A stretch of DNA of 64,000 nt from Puniceicoccaceae bacterium (lineage in GTDB: Bacteria; Verrucomicrobiota; Verrucomicrobiia; Opitutales; Oceanipulchritudinaceae): the NCBI GenBank assembly GCA_040830765.1, contig JBFOMH010000005.1, positions 1 through 64,000 of the forward strand, written 5' to 3'. The notes beneath the pieces were generated by a model, which saw only the letters and a list, made by a program, of their open reading frames with translations, made no database searches and was not told the DNA's origin. Position numbers and translations under genes: made by a program. Every line of letters begins with the position of its first letter. Positions within the stretch are counted from its first letter, which is position 1. Below, piece by piece: positions 38,946 through 48,015 of the stretch.

Positions 38946-41084
38946 ATGAACAGACGTGTACTTATGGCTTCTGCGGCAGCCATCCTTCTGGTGGTCGTGG
39001 TCCTCTACTTGTTCCTCCGCGAGAAACCCGCCTCGGCCGAGTTTGAGCAACTTGGACCGATCCTCGAACAGTTTTCCGCTCCCGGGATGGAGCATGCGGA
39101 TCCCGCCCAGTGCATTGAGTGCCACCGGGAGGCCAATGATAAGTGGGAAAACTCCCACCACGCCCTCGCCAACGCACCATTGACCGAAGCCGATCGGGCG
39201 CGCCTCAAGGCAAATGCCGGCGATTTGCTCCAGGAACGCCAAATGCATTGGCACGCCCATCCCGACACCATGGTCCTGCAAGAGGCTGGACTGCCCGACC
39301 AGCCCGTGGTCGGGACCATCGGGATCACTCCGCTCATCCAGTACCTCCACCTTGCCCCGGACGGACGCATCCAGACGCATGATGTCGCATGGGACGTCGA
39401 AAAGGAGGAATGGTTTTCGGTTTTCGAATTGGAGGATGTCGGCGAGGAACCCCGGGTCCCTGGTGAATGGGGACATTGGACCGGACAAGGCATGAACTGG
39501 GACGCCAATTGTGCCTATTGCCACATGACGGAATACTACAAGAATTTCAGTCCGGAGACCAACAGCTATGACCGGAAGTGGAATCACATGGCCATCACCT
39601 GTGCCCAATGCCACCCCGGTTCGGAAACCCACCTTGAGCAAATCCGCAACGGCAATGACCAGTACAAGGAAGTCTTCACTCCCCGCCAGGTCATGGAGGC
39701 CTGCGCCACCTGCCATGCCCGGCGGGACCAGCTGACTCCCGATGGATTTGTTCCCGGTGATGTTTTTGAAGATCACTTCCACCTGACTCTTGGAGACGTC
39801 GAGGGCATTTATCACCCTGACGGACAGGTCATCGGGGAAAATTACGTCTACGGCTCCCTCACCATGAGCAAGATGGGGCATGCCGGAGTGACCTGCATGG
39901 ACTGCCACGATCCCCATACCGCGGAATTTATCCTGCCCGTGGAAAACAATGCCCTCTGCCAGCGTTGTCATGGCAGTGGACTGAATGACGCCCCGAAGAT
40001 TGACCCCATCGCCCACAGCCATCACCCGGGCGATTCTGTGGGTAACCGCTGTGTCGAATGCCACATGCCCTCGACACCCTTTATGGGACGCGATCCTCGC
40101 CGGGATCATTCCTTCAGCATTCCCGATCCCCGGCTCAATATGGAACTCGGAATCCCCGATGCCTGCTCCAAGTGCCACAATACCCAGTCAGTGGAGTGGA
40201 ACCTCCAGCATGCCGAGGACTGGTACGGCCCGGACATGAACGCCGACCGCCGGGCCAAGGCCCGCCTCATGCAGGACCTCTGGGACGGCAAACAGGGTTC
40301 GCTGGCCCGGCTTAAGGAGGCCGTGCGCAAGGAGCCCAACCGGTGGTGGAAAGCCACTTTTATCAACATGTTCCAGTACACCCCGGCCGATCAGGAAGTC
40401 TTTGAGATCCTTACCGAAGCCCTGCGGGACGAGGAATCCATGGTCCGCTCCGCGGCAATCCGGCTCCTCGGCACCAGTAATGTCACCGCCGAGCAGAAGG
40501 AAGCCCTCCTGACGGATCCCATCCGCGGGGTCCGCATCAGTACCGCCCTCACCGTTCCTGGCATGCGCGACCTCCCACCGGATGTCGAAGCCGAATTGCT
40601 CGCCTACATGCGCCATACCGCCGACTCCCCCATGGGATCCCTGCGCCTCGCCTCCTTCTATGCCGACAAGGGCGATCTCGAGAAGTCCCGCTTCCTCGCC
40701 CGTCAGGCGGTTGAGTTTGAACCCCTCAATGCCGAGGCCTACCGGCTCGCCGCCATCCAGTTGCATGCCTCCGGTGATGCTCAAGGGGCCCTCGATATGC
40801 TCGACCGCGCCCTCCGTCTTTCCGACAACAGCCCACTCGTCCACTTCAACCTCGGGCTCCTCCAAGCCGAGCTCGGGGATTTGGACAAGGCCATCTATCA
40901 CCTCAATCAAACCATTCTCGGTAATCCCCAGTTCGAGGATGCCTGGTACAACCTCATCGTCCTTTACTGGCAAATCGAGCAGCTCCCCACCGCCCGCGCC
41001 AAACTCACCGAGGCCCTCCAGGCCCTCCCCCAGAGCCGGCGTCTCCGCCAACTCGCCCGCCAGATGCCGCCGGAGGTGAATTAG
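38946..41084 (+). CDS. Membrane-anchored multiheme (8 CxxCH) cytochrome c with HEAT/TPR C-terminus
   Basis: N-terminal TM helix; heme motifs CIECH, CAYCH, CAQCH, CATCH, CMDCH, CQRCH, CVECH and CSKCH; TPR-like VHFNLGLL and AWYNL. Confidence 0.9.
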   Translation: MNRRVLMASAAAILLVVVVLYLFLREKPASAEFEQLGPILEQFSAPGMEHADPAQCIECHREANDKWENSHHALANAPLTEADRARLKANAGDLLQERQMHWHAHPDTMVLQEAGLPDQPVVGTIGITPLIQYLHLAPDGRIQTHDVAWDVEKEEWFSVFELEDVGEEPRVPGEWGHWTGQGMNWDANCAYCHMTEYYKNFSPETNSYDRKWNHMAITCAQCHPGSETHLEQIRNGNDQYKEVFTPRQVMEACATCHARRDQLTPDGFVPGDVFEDHFHLTLGDVEGIYHPDGQVIGENYVYGSLTMSKMGHAGVTCMDCHDPHTAEFILPVENNALCQRCHGSGLNDAPKIDPIAHSHHPGDSVGNRCVECHMPSTPFMGRDPRRDHSFSIPDPRLNMELGIPDACSKCHNTQSVEWNLQHAEDWYGPDMNADRRAKARLMQDLWDGKQGSLARLKEAVRKEPNRWWKATFINMFQYTPADQEVFEILTEALRDEESMVRSAAIRLLGTSNVTAEQKEALLTDPIRGVRISTALTVPGMRDLPPDVEAELLAYMRHTADSPMGSLRLASFYADKGDLEKSRFLARQAVEFEPLNAEAYRLAAIQLHASGDAQGALDMLDRALRLSDNSPLVHFNLGLLQAELGDLDKAIYHLNQTILGNPQFEDAWYNLIVLYWQIEQLPTARAKLTEALQALPQSRRLRQLARQMPPEVN

Positions 41085-41089
41085 GGTCA

Positions 41090-41124
41090 AAGGACGAAGG
41101 ACAAAGGACCAAGGACGGAGGACG
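41090..41124 (+). repeat. Heptamer tandem repeat (A/G)AGGACN x5
   Basis: The sequence reads AAGGACG AAGGACA AAGGACC AAGGACG GAGGACG. Confidence 0.8.
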
Positions 41125-41233
41125 GAAGTAGTCGGGCTATGGCGGTGGTCAACAGTTGCTGATTTTGTGAAGTAGCAAAACTAATACTGTGCATAGGGCG
41201 TATTATTTTTCTTGATAGCCCCCACCTATATAT

Positions 41234-41261
41234 AATTTAACATCTATTGTAATGTTAAATT
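41234..41261. promoter_or_regulatory. Putative ArsR operator
   Basis: The perfect inverted repeat AATTTAACAT-N8-ATGTTAAATT overlaps TATAAT (41231) and the arsR start codon. Confidence 0.65.
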
Positions 41262-41587
41262 TAGTTGGACAACAATTGCATGAGGAATTTGCCCGTAACG
41301 AGGAAGTCTGCCGGCATGTGATCGGGCTGTTCCAATTAATGGCGAACAAGCAGCGCTTCCGGATCGTCTGTATCCTGAGCCGGGGAAGTTTCTGCGTTAA
41401 CGAAATCGCGGAGATCCTGGGAACGGACAAGCTCTCGAACATCTCCCAGCAACTGAAGGTATTGCGCCTGGCTGGGGTAATTGAGTGCGAGCGCGACTCG
41501 AAGAAGATGATTTACTCGATGAAAGACGAGCGCTTCAAGGAGATCATCCATTTCCTGAAGAGCAGTTACATGGGAGAAACTTTATGA
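41252..41587 (+). CDS. ArsR/SmtB family regulator (BigR/SqrR-like)
   Basis: FQLMANKQRFRIVCIL..CVNEI..NISQQLKVLR.AG forms a winged HTH. Confidence 0.85.
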   Translation: MLNLVGQQLHEEFARNEEVCRHVIGLFQLMANKQRFRIVCILSRGSFCVNEIAEILGTDKLSNISQQLKVLRLAGVIECERDSKKMIYSMKDERFKEIIHFLKSSYMGETL

Positions 41588-42828
41588 AGAAAGTACTGAT
41601 ACTGGGAGCCGGGACAGCCGGCACGATCATGGCGAACACCCTGAGCCGGAAGGCCGGCAAGGACTGGGCGATAACGATCATCGATCAATCCGAGGAACAC
41701 TACTACCAGCCGGGCTTTTTGTTCATGCCCTTTGGCGTGTACACGGAAAAGGACGTTGTCAAACCGCGGAAGAAGTTCCTCCCGGGACGGGCGGTCTATC
41801 GTCAGGCCAAGCTGGACCGGATCATTCCGGAAGAGAACAAGGTCCTGCTAGAAGGCGGGGAAGAGGAAGCCTACGACATATTGATCATCGGGACAGGCTG
41901 CGACATTGCCCCGGATGAAATCGAAGGCCTGACCGGCGCCGACTGGGGCAAGCGCTCCCATGACTTCTACACCTTTGAAGGGGCCCGGCGACTGGCGGCG
42001 GCGATGAAGGACTGGCAAGGCGGACGCCTCGTCATCAACATTGCTGAAATGCCCATCAAGTGCCCGGTGGCGCCGCTGGAATTTGCCTTTCTGGCGGACT
42101 GGCACCTGACCGAGCGGGGCCTTCGCGACAAGACGGAGATCGTTTATGTCACTCCCCTCTCTGGTGCCTTCACGAAGCCCATTGCATCGGCTATCCTGAG
42201 CCATCTCCTGGAGGAGAAGAACATCAAGGTGGAGCAGGACTTCGCCATCGGTTCGGTCGACAACGAGGGTCACAAGATTGTTTCGTGGGATGAGCGGGAA
42301 ATCGGCTACGACCTGCTGGTCTCGGTCCCGACGAACATGGGCAATCCGCTCATTGACCGTTCCGGCCTGGGCGACGAGCTGAACTTTGTCCCGACCAACC
42401 GGGACACCCTGCAGGCCAAGGCTGCGGAAAACATCTTTGTCCTCGGCGATGCCACGGACCTGCCGACGTCAAAAGCCGGTTCGGTGGCCCACTTCCAGGC
42501 GGAAGTCCTGACGGCCAACATCCTCTCCTACATGAAGGGTGAGGAGATGGAGGAACGCTTTGACGGCCATGCCAATTGCTTCATTGAGTCGGGCTATGGC
42601 AAGGGCTTCCTGCTGGACTTCAATTACGACCAGGAACCGGTCCCGGGGCATTTCCCATTCCCGCATGTCGGGCCGTTTGGGCTCCTCAGCGAGACCCGCA
42701 TCAACCACCTGGGCAAGCTGGCCTTCAAGTATGTCTATTGGCACATGCTGCTGAAGGGCTACCCCATCCCATTTGTCGATCACCGGATGTCCTACCTGGG
42801 CAAGAAAGTCCCCAAGGCATCCGCATAA
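41584..42828 (+). CDS. sqr: Sulfide:quinone oxidoreductase family protein
   Basis: Motifs ILGAGTAG, HYYQPG, PIKCPVAPLE, GDATDLPTSKAGS and FDGHANCFIESG are present. Confidence 0.85.
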   Translation: MKKVLILGAGTAGTIMANTLSRKAGKDWAITIIDQSEEHYYQPGFLFMPFGVYTEKDVVKPRKKFLPGRAVYRQAKLDRIIPEENKVLLEGGEEEAYDILIIGTGCDIAPDEIEGLTGADWGKRSHDFYTFEGARRLAAAMKDWQGGRLVINIAEMPIKCPVAPLEFAFLADWHLTERGLRDKTEIVYVTPLSGAFTKPIASAILSHLLEEKNIKVEQDFAIGSVDNEGHKIVSWDEREIGYDLLVSVPTNMGNPLIDRSGLGDELNFVPTNRDTLQAKAAENIFVLGDATDLPTSKAGSVAHFQAEVLTANILSYMKGEEMEERFDGHANCFIESGYGKGFLLDFNYDQEPVPGHFPFPHVGPFGLLSETRINHLGKLAFKYVYWHMLLKGYPIPFVDHRMSYLGKKVPKASA

Positions 42829-42863
42829 TTAATACTGAACCCCCTAATCAAGGAAAAGAAACC

Positions 42864-43178
42864 ATGCCAACAATGGAAATCACAGGAACAACCGTTGACC
42901 TGAACGAAGAGGGCTTCCTCACGGACCGCAGCCAGTGGAACCGTGACGTCGCCGTGGAACTGGCCAAGGAAGAAGGTATCGAACTGACAGACGAGCACTG
43001 GAAGGTGCTGGAGTTCATCGAATCCGACTTTGCCGAAAAGAACGCCGTCCCGGGCATGCGCCGGTTGAACAAGGTTGGTGGCATCCCCACCAAGGACCTC
43101 TACCGGCTCTTCCCCAACGGACCCATCAAGAAGGCCGCCCGGATTGGGGGTTTCCCCAAGCCTGCCAGCTGCGTCTAA
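42864..43178 (+). CDS. tusE: TusE/DsrC-family sulfur carrier (single C-terminal Cys)
   Basis: Motifs EEGFL..W, LTDEHWKV, LYRLFP.GP and the C-terminal PKPASCV are present. Confidence 0.85.
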   Translation: MPTMEITGTTVDLNEEGFLTDRSQWNRDVAVELAKEEGIELTDEHWKVLEFIESDFAEKNAVPGMRRLNKVGGIPTKDLYRLFPNGPIKKAARIGGFPKPASCV

Positions 43179-43193
43179 GCAAGGAGAACGACA

Positions 43194-43688
43194 ATGTCAG
43201 ACGAACCCATCAAGAAAGTTTCCATCATCGTCTCCAAGGGCTCCCTGGAAGGGGTCTACCCTGGCCTCATCATGGCCAATGGCGCCCGCATGGAAGGCAT
43301 TGAAGCCAATCTCTTTTTCACCTTTTTCGGCCTTCACGCCATCGTGAAGAAGAAGATGGAGAAGCTCAAGGTGGCCACCGTGGGCAACCCTGCCCTCTGT
43401 GTCCCGGATGCCATGGGCTTCCCGATGCCGACTATCCTCGGGGCCATCCCCGGCATGTCGGCCTTCGCCACCATGATGATGAAGAACGAAATGGAAAAAA
43501 TCGACATTCCGCCGGTTGGCGAATTCGTCGAGATGATCAGTGATGCCGGCGGTAAGATTTATGCCTGCAAGGCAACCGTCGACATGTTCAAGCTCAAGGA
43601 CGAGGACTTCTGTCCACAGATGGACAAGGTCCTCACCGTTGGTGAATTCTACGAGCTCTCAGCCGGCTCGCAGATTATCTTCACCTGA
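43194..43688 (+). CDS. DsrE2/DrsE-like sulfur relay protein
   Basis: Motifs SIIVSKGSLE, LFFTFFGL and KIYACKATVDMF are present. Confidence 0.85.
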   Translation: MSDEPIKKVSIIVSKGSLEGVYPGLIMANGARMEGIEANLFFTFFGLHAIVKKKMEKLKVATVGNPALCVPDAMGFPMPTILGAIPGMSAFATMMMKNEMEKIDIPPVGEFVEMISDAGGKIYACKATVDMFKLKDEDFCPQMDKVLTVGEFYELSAGSQIIFT

Positions 43689-43749
43689 TCCCCGAACCCC
43701 TAACACGGTTCCAGCTCAAATAGTAACCAAAATACGAATACCTCGAAAA

Positions 43750-45057
43750 ATGAAACATCGAATCGGAAGATCCGTCCTGTTAACGCTCGCCGCTATGGCC
43801 CCTGCCATCGGCTTTGCCACCAATGGTGACAACATGATTGCCATTGGACCCAAGGCCCGCGCCATGGGGGGCGTCTCCATCGCCTATCCCCAGGATGCCA
43901 TCACGGCGGTTTTCGGTAACCCCGCAGCCCTTTGCTTTACAAAATTCTGCCCCTCAACCCAGGTCGACTTCGCCGGCACCCTTTTCATGCCGGATGTGGA
44001 TGCGGCGGTCACCAACCCGCTCGATCCGACCGAGTTGCTGACCGCAGACAGCGATGACGGCATCTACCCGATTCCCGCCATCGGTGTTGCCGTTCCATTC
44101 GGTGAAGACAACCGTGGTCGTTTCGGCCTCGCCGCCTATGGGGTCAGTGGACTCGGTGTTGATTACCGGGACACAGTCCTCGGCGGGACACTCGGCAGTC
44201 TCGGCCAGGTTCCCCCAGGCTTTGAGACCGCCCCAATCATTGCCGGCAGTTACACCAGCCTGCAAATCATGAAGTTTGCCCCTAGTGTGGCCTGGCAGGT
44301 TGCCCCGGGATTCTCCCTTGGTGCAGCCGCGCATATTGACTATGCCATCCTTGACATGGGCCAGGGCTCCTCATCCGGTTACGGTTTCGGCCTGCAAGTA
44401 GGTGCCACCTACCGTCCGACCGAAGATTGGGCGCTTGGTTTCTCCTACACGACGCCGCAGGAAGTGGACCATGACAACGTCATCAACATGGGCATGGGTC
44501 CTCAGGACCTGACCCTGGAAATGCCGCAACAACTCGGTGCCGGGATTGCCTACGAAATTGATGAAGGCAAGCTGGTCCTGGCCGCCGACCTGAAGTGGAT
44601 CAACTGGTCCTCAGCGAAAGGCTACAAGGACTTTGACTGGCGCGACCAGACCGTTGTGGCGTTGGGTGTCCAATACGAGGCCATCGAGGACAAGCTGGTC
44701 CTGCGTGCCGGGTACAATTATGGCAAGAACCCCGTCAAGGAGCACAATGGCTGGGATGGAAGCTTTGACTTCAATACCGGCATGCCCAATGACGTGACCG
44801 TCGTCCAGGGCATTGTCATGCCAACCTACTTCTACGAAACATTTCGTATCATCGGGTTTCCGGCCGTCGTTGAATCGCATATCACCGTCGGGATGACCTA
44901 TCACATGAGCGAGCGCTTTGCCCTCAGCTTCGCTTATATGCGGGCTCTCGAGAAGGGGATCAGCGAATCGGGTACGGGTCCGACTGGAGCCCCCACTGTC
45001 CTGCTCTCCAACCTGAGTGAGGACAGCCTTGAGTTCGGACTGAGCTGGAAATTCTAA
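43750..45057 (+). CDS. FadL/TodX-family outer-membrane channel
   Basis: Signal peptide, then TNG..MI.IGP.ARAMGG, NPAAL, SGLGVDY, LRAGYNYG.NP and a terminal Phe. Confidence 0.85.
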   Translation: MKHRIGRSVLLTLAAMAPAIGFATNGDNMIAIGPKARAMGGVSIAYPQDAITAVFGNPAALCFTKFCPSTQVDFAGTLFMPDVDAAVTNPLDPTELLTADSDDGIYPIPAIGVAVPFGEDNRGRFGLAAYGVSGLGVDYRDTVLGGTLGSLGQVPPGFETAPIIAGSYTSLQIMKFAPSVAWQVAPGFSLGAAAHIDYAILDMGQGSSSGYGFGLQVGATYRPTEDWALGFSYTTPQEVDHDNVINMGMGPQDLTLEMPQQLGAGIAYEIDEGKLVLAADLKWINWSSAKGYKDFDWRDQTVVALGVQYEAIEDKLVLRAGYNYGKNPVKEHNGWDGSFDFNTGMPNDVTVVQGIVMPTYFYETFRIIGFPAVVESHITVGMTYHMSERFALSFAYMRALEKGISESGTGPTGAPTVLLSNLSEDSLEFGLSWKF

Positions 45058-45623
45058 TGCCCCCCATTATACGAAAACTGCGTATACCTACAGGCTGGCT
45101 GGCCATCCCAGCCAGCCTGTTCCTGGTCACCGCTTGCACCACCACGGAGCAGCCAGCATCAAGGCAACCGGCCCCGGTGGCCCATCATTCAGTGATGGAA
45201 AGCTCGGATCCGGACAGTCCCTTTGCCAAGGTGTTTGACGGTGAAGCTGCTGTCGTTGTCCTGACCTTTTACGACCTTTACTGTGTCGCTTGCCAGCAGT
45301 CGGCAGAGAACTTCACTATCCTTTCAAACAGGATTGGGGAATCATTTCCGGATGCGCCCATCCAGGTGAAGGGTGTCGGCATAGGCGACACCGCCTTTGA
45401 GCTCTCCGTCTTTCAGCGGCGCTACAACCTGCCCTATCCTTCCATTCCCGATCCGGAGAAGACCTTCGAGGAACCCTTCCAGATCAAGGGAACCCCGACG
45501 GTCCTGGTCTTTACCCGTAAGGACACGGACTGCATTGAAATCTACCGGCACGAAGGCCGTTTACGGAGCAGCGATGTGGAAAACCTGCTTGAAACTATCC
45601 GCGAAGCTGTTTCCGCTCAGTAA
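45057..45623 (+). CDS. Thioredoxin-fold (TlpA-like) lipoprotein
   Basis: It has the lipobox LVTAC, a CVAC motif and the cis-Pro GTPT. Confidence 0.75.
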   Translation: MPPIIRKLRIPTGWLAIPASLFLVTACTTTEQPASRQPAPVAHHSVMESSDPDSPFAKVFDGEAAVVVLTFYDLYCVACQQSAENFTILSNRIGESFPDAPIQVKGVGIGDTAFELSVFQRRYNLPYPSIPDPEKTFEEPFQIKGTPTVLVFTRKDTDCIEIYRHEGRLRSSDVENLLETIREAVSAQ

Positions 45624-45641
45624 CAACATTTTCTTATCCCC

Positions 45642-46238
45642 ATGGCTTTAACCAGTTTTCTTCTCCTTGGCACCGCCGTCATGTCCTGCAATCCGCAGGT
45701 CATGTGTACCGTCGAGGAACCGGCCAAGTTGCCCATCTTTGAGCCCGGCTACCTCAAGCCGGTCGACAGCCAGACGCATCTGCAAGTCGGGCAAAAGGCA
45801 CCCGACTTCACCCTGCCAAGTACCGATGGACGGGAGATCCGGCTTTCGGAGCTGTTGGAAGACAAGGCAGTCGTCATCACCTTTGTCCCTGCGGCCTGGA
45901 CGCCTGTTTGTTCCGAACAGTGGCCCGGCTACAACGTGGCAGAGCCCTTTTTCGAGGAAGCCGATGCCATCCTCATCGGCATCACGGTCGATAACCTACC
46001 TACGCTCCATGCCTGGACACGGGAAATGGGCGGGGTATGGTTTCCGGTTCTTTCGGACTTCTATCCGCATGGCGAAGTAACGGCCAAGTACGGCATCCTT
46101 CGCGAAGACGGGACATCCGAGCGGGCCCTCTTCGTTATCGATAAGGATGGCATCCTGCGCTACATTGATGTCCATGACATTAACAAGCGACCGCCATTGG
46201 ATGTTTTGATCGAGGAACTGGAAAAGCTTCTGGACTGA
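45642..46238 (+). CDS. Peroxiredoxin (AhpE-like), possibly exported
   Basis: Motifs APDFTL, PAAWTPVC (PxxxTxxC), LSDFYPHG and SERALFVIDK. The N-terminus is hydrophobic and ends MSC. Confidence 0.82.
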   Translation: MALTSFLLLGTAVMSCNPQVMCTVEEPAKLPIFEPGYLKPVDSQTHLQVGQKAPDFTLPSTDGREIRLSELLEDKAVVITFVPAAWTPVCSEQWPGYNVAEPFFEEADAILIGITVDNLPTLHAWTREMGGVWFPVLSDFYPHGEVTAKYGILREDGTSERALFVIDKDGILRYIDVHDINKRPPLDVLIEELEKLLD

Positions 46239-46280
46239 TCAGGCTTGCCGGTGGTCGGCAGTCAGGATTGTATGCCGGCT

Positions 46281-47018
46281 ATGAAGCTGTCTGCAATTTG
46301 CCTCCCTGTCGCGGGGCTGGTCCTGCTTATATCGCCGTTTCTCAACGCCTCTGGAATCGCCAAGGACAACTATCCCCTGCCCTTCACGCCGGATCCGGAG
46401 CGATTGGCCAATGACATTGAGCGCTTTGCCTTCGCGGACGAGGTGGGTATGCCCCCGGAGGGCGGGATTGTCTGTGTCGGGAGCAGTTCCATGCGCTTCT
46501 GGCATGATAGAATCCGTGAAGACCTCGAAGGCTTGAGCATTATTCCCCGCGGATTCGGCGGCAGCCAGTACACGGATGTTATCTATTATGCCGATGAGCT
46601 CATCCTGAAATACCGGCCGCGGGCGGTGTTGATCTATGAAGGCGACAATGACGCCAATGCGGGAAAGCACCCCCAGCGGATATTCGCCGACTTCAAGTTT
46701 CTTGTCGACATTTGCCAATCCCAGCAGCCCAGCCTCCGGTTTTACGTCATTTCCGCCAAGCCCAGCCTTGCCCGCTGGGAAATTGCCGATCAGATGCAGG
46801 AGGCCAACAAGCTGATCCGGAAGCATTGTCGGAAGCGGGAGGGCCTTGTCTTCATCGACTTGTGGAAGGTCATGCTGGGCAAGGATAAGCAGCCCCTGCC
46901 GGACATCTTTACCGAGGACCAACTCCACCTGAATGAGAAGGGCTATGACATCTGGACGGCCGCCATTGCCCCGGTTCTGCAGCAAGGTGAAGCGGCATTC
47001 GAGCAGGAAGCAGAATAA
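46281..47018 (+). CDS. Secreted SGNH/GDSL hydrolase
   Basis: Motifs VGSSS, RGFGGS, YEGDND and DQLH are present. Confidence 0.85.
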   Translation: MKLSAICLPVAGLVLLISPFLNASGIAKDNYPLPFTPDPERLANDIERFAFADEVGMPPEGGIVCVGSSSMRFWHDRIREDLEGLSIIPRGFGGSQYTDVIYYADELILKYRPRAVLIYEGDNDANAGKHPQRIFADFKFLVDICQSQQPSLRFYVISAKPSLARWEIADQMQEANKLIRKHCRKREGLVFIDLWKVMLGKDKQPLPDIFTEDQLHLNEKGYDIWTAAIAPVLQQGEAAFEQEAE

Positions 47019-47027
47019 GTCCGCCCG

Positions 47028-47930
47028 CTACTGCTTTTCAAGATATCCGATCGAAACAAGAAAGGTGTCCATCTTGGAAATTGTATCCTCGTAATACTTC
47101 GGTCCGTTGAAAAAGCTATGACCGGCCCCGTCGTAGGTCACCAGTTCGCATCGAACACCAAGGTCGTGAAGTTTCTGGTTGAACAATTCTGCCGCCACAT
47201 ACGGGACAGTTTCATCCGCAGTTCCGTGGAAGAGGATTGTTGGAGGCATGTCCTCCTTGGCCTGGTGATAAGGGGACAGCTTCACCGGGTCGGTTCCGGC
47301 TCGCTGGTGGCTGTGCTTGCTCTTGAAAATGTCGAGCTCGGACACGCCGTCCACTGGACCAACAACAGCTACGGGGTTAAAGAGCACCAAGGCATTGGGT
47401 CGTGAACTAACCCTGGAATCTTCTTCGGCATTGTCAAAGTCCTGCACCGCGGCGGTTGCTGCGGCCAGATGCCCACCTGCCGAGCCACCACCAGCGGCAA
47501 TATGGTTAGGATCAATGCCCAATCGTTCCGCATTCGCCCGTATCCAGCGCACTGCCGATTTGGCATCCTCAAGACAAACCTTCACAGGGACACCATTACG
47601 GGATTTTACCCGGTAGTCGGCAACCGCTGCCACCATACCACGACTGGCCAAATACTGGCTCTGTCGGGCAAAGTGGCTTGGTGAACCTCCGTTCCAGCCC
47701 CCGCCAAAGAAGAAGACGATGGCAGGCGTCTTGTCGTCAGGCTTGTGTCCTTCAGGATTGAATATCCACAAGCGCAGTTCCATTTCCCCGGCCACCTTAT
47801 AGGTCTCGACCTGTGCCCCTTCGATGATCGGGGGATAGGCAGGCTTGGCGGACAGGACATAGGTAAGCCCGCAAAGCACAAGAAGGCAGAAGGAGAACCG
47901 GAGAATGGGTCGGAATGAAAGCCTATGCAT
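47028..47930 (-). CDS. Secreted alpha/beta hydrolase (carbohydrate-esterase-like)
   Basis: Motifs FFGGGW, GGSAGGHLA, HGTADETVP and GAGHSFF are present. Confidence 0.85.
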   Translation of the reverse strand: MHRLSFRPILRFSFCLLVLCGLTYVLSAKPAYPPIIEGAQVETYKVAGEMELRLWIFNPEGHKPDDKTPAIVFFFGGGWNGGSPSHFARQSQYLASRGMVAAVADYRVKSRNGVPVKVCLEDAKSAVRWIRANAERLGIDPNHIAAGGGSAGGHLAAATAAVQDFDNAEEDSRVSSRPNALVLFNPVAVVGPVDGVSELDIFKSKHSHQRAGTDPVKLSPYHQAKEDMPPTILFHGTADETVPYVAAELFNQKLHDLGVRCELVTYDGAGHSFFNGPKYYEDTISKMDTFLVSIGYLEKQ

Positions 47931-48015
47931 GGTTTGAGCCTGAAGCACCATTTCTTAACTTCAATGCGTAACTCCCGACAAAATATACACACTGGTGCAT
48001 TGGCAGATCCGGCCT

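Noticed and set aside
38880..41090. 432-aa and 300-aa minus-strand ORFs
   Set aside because: They are antisense shadows of the cytochrome gene, expected from high-GC codon bias.
41584..43688. Dissimilatory sulfate reduction or reverse-Dsr pathway
   Set aside because: There is no dsrAB or dsrMK in the window, and the DsrC-like protein has only one C-terminal Cys.
45890..45925. Possible selenocysteine in the peroxiredoxin active site
   Set aside because: The codon is TGT (Cys) and the ORF has no in-frame TGA.
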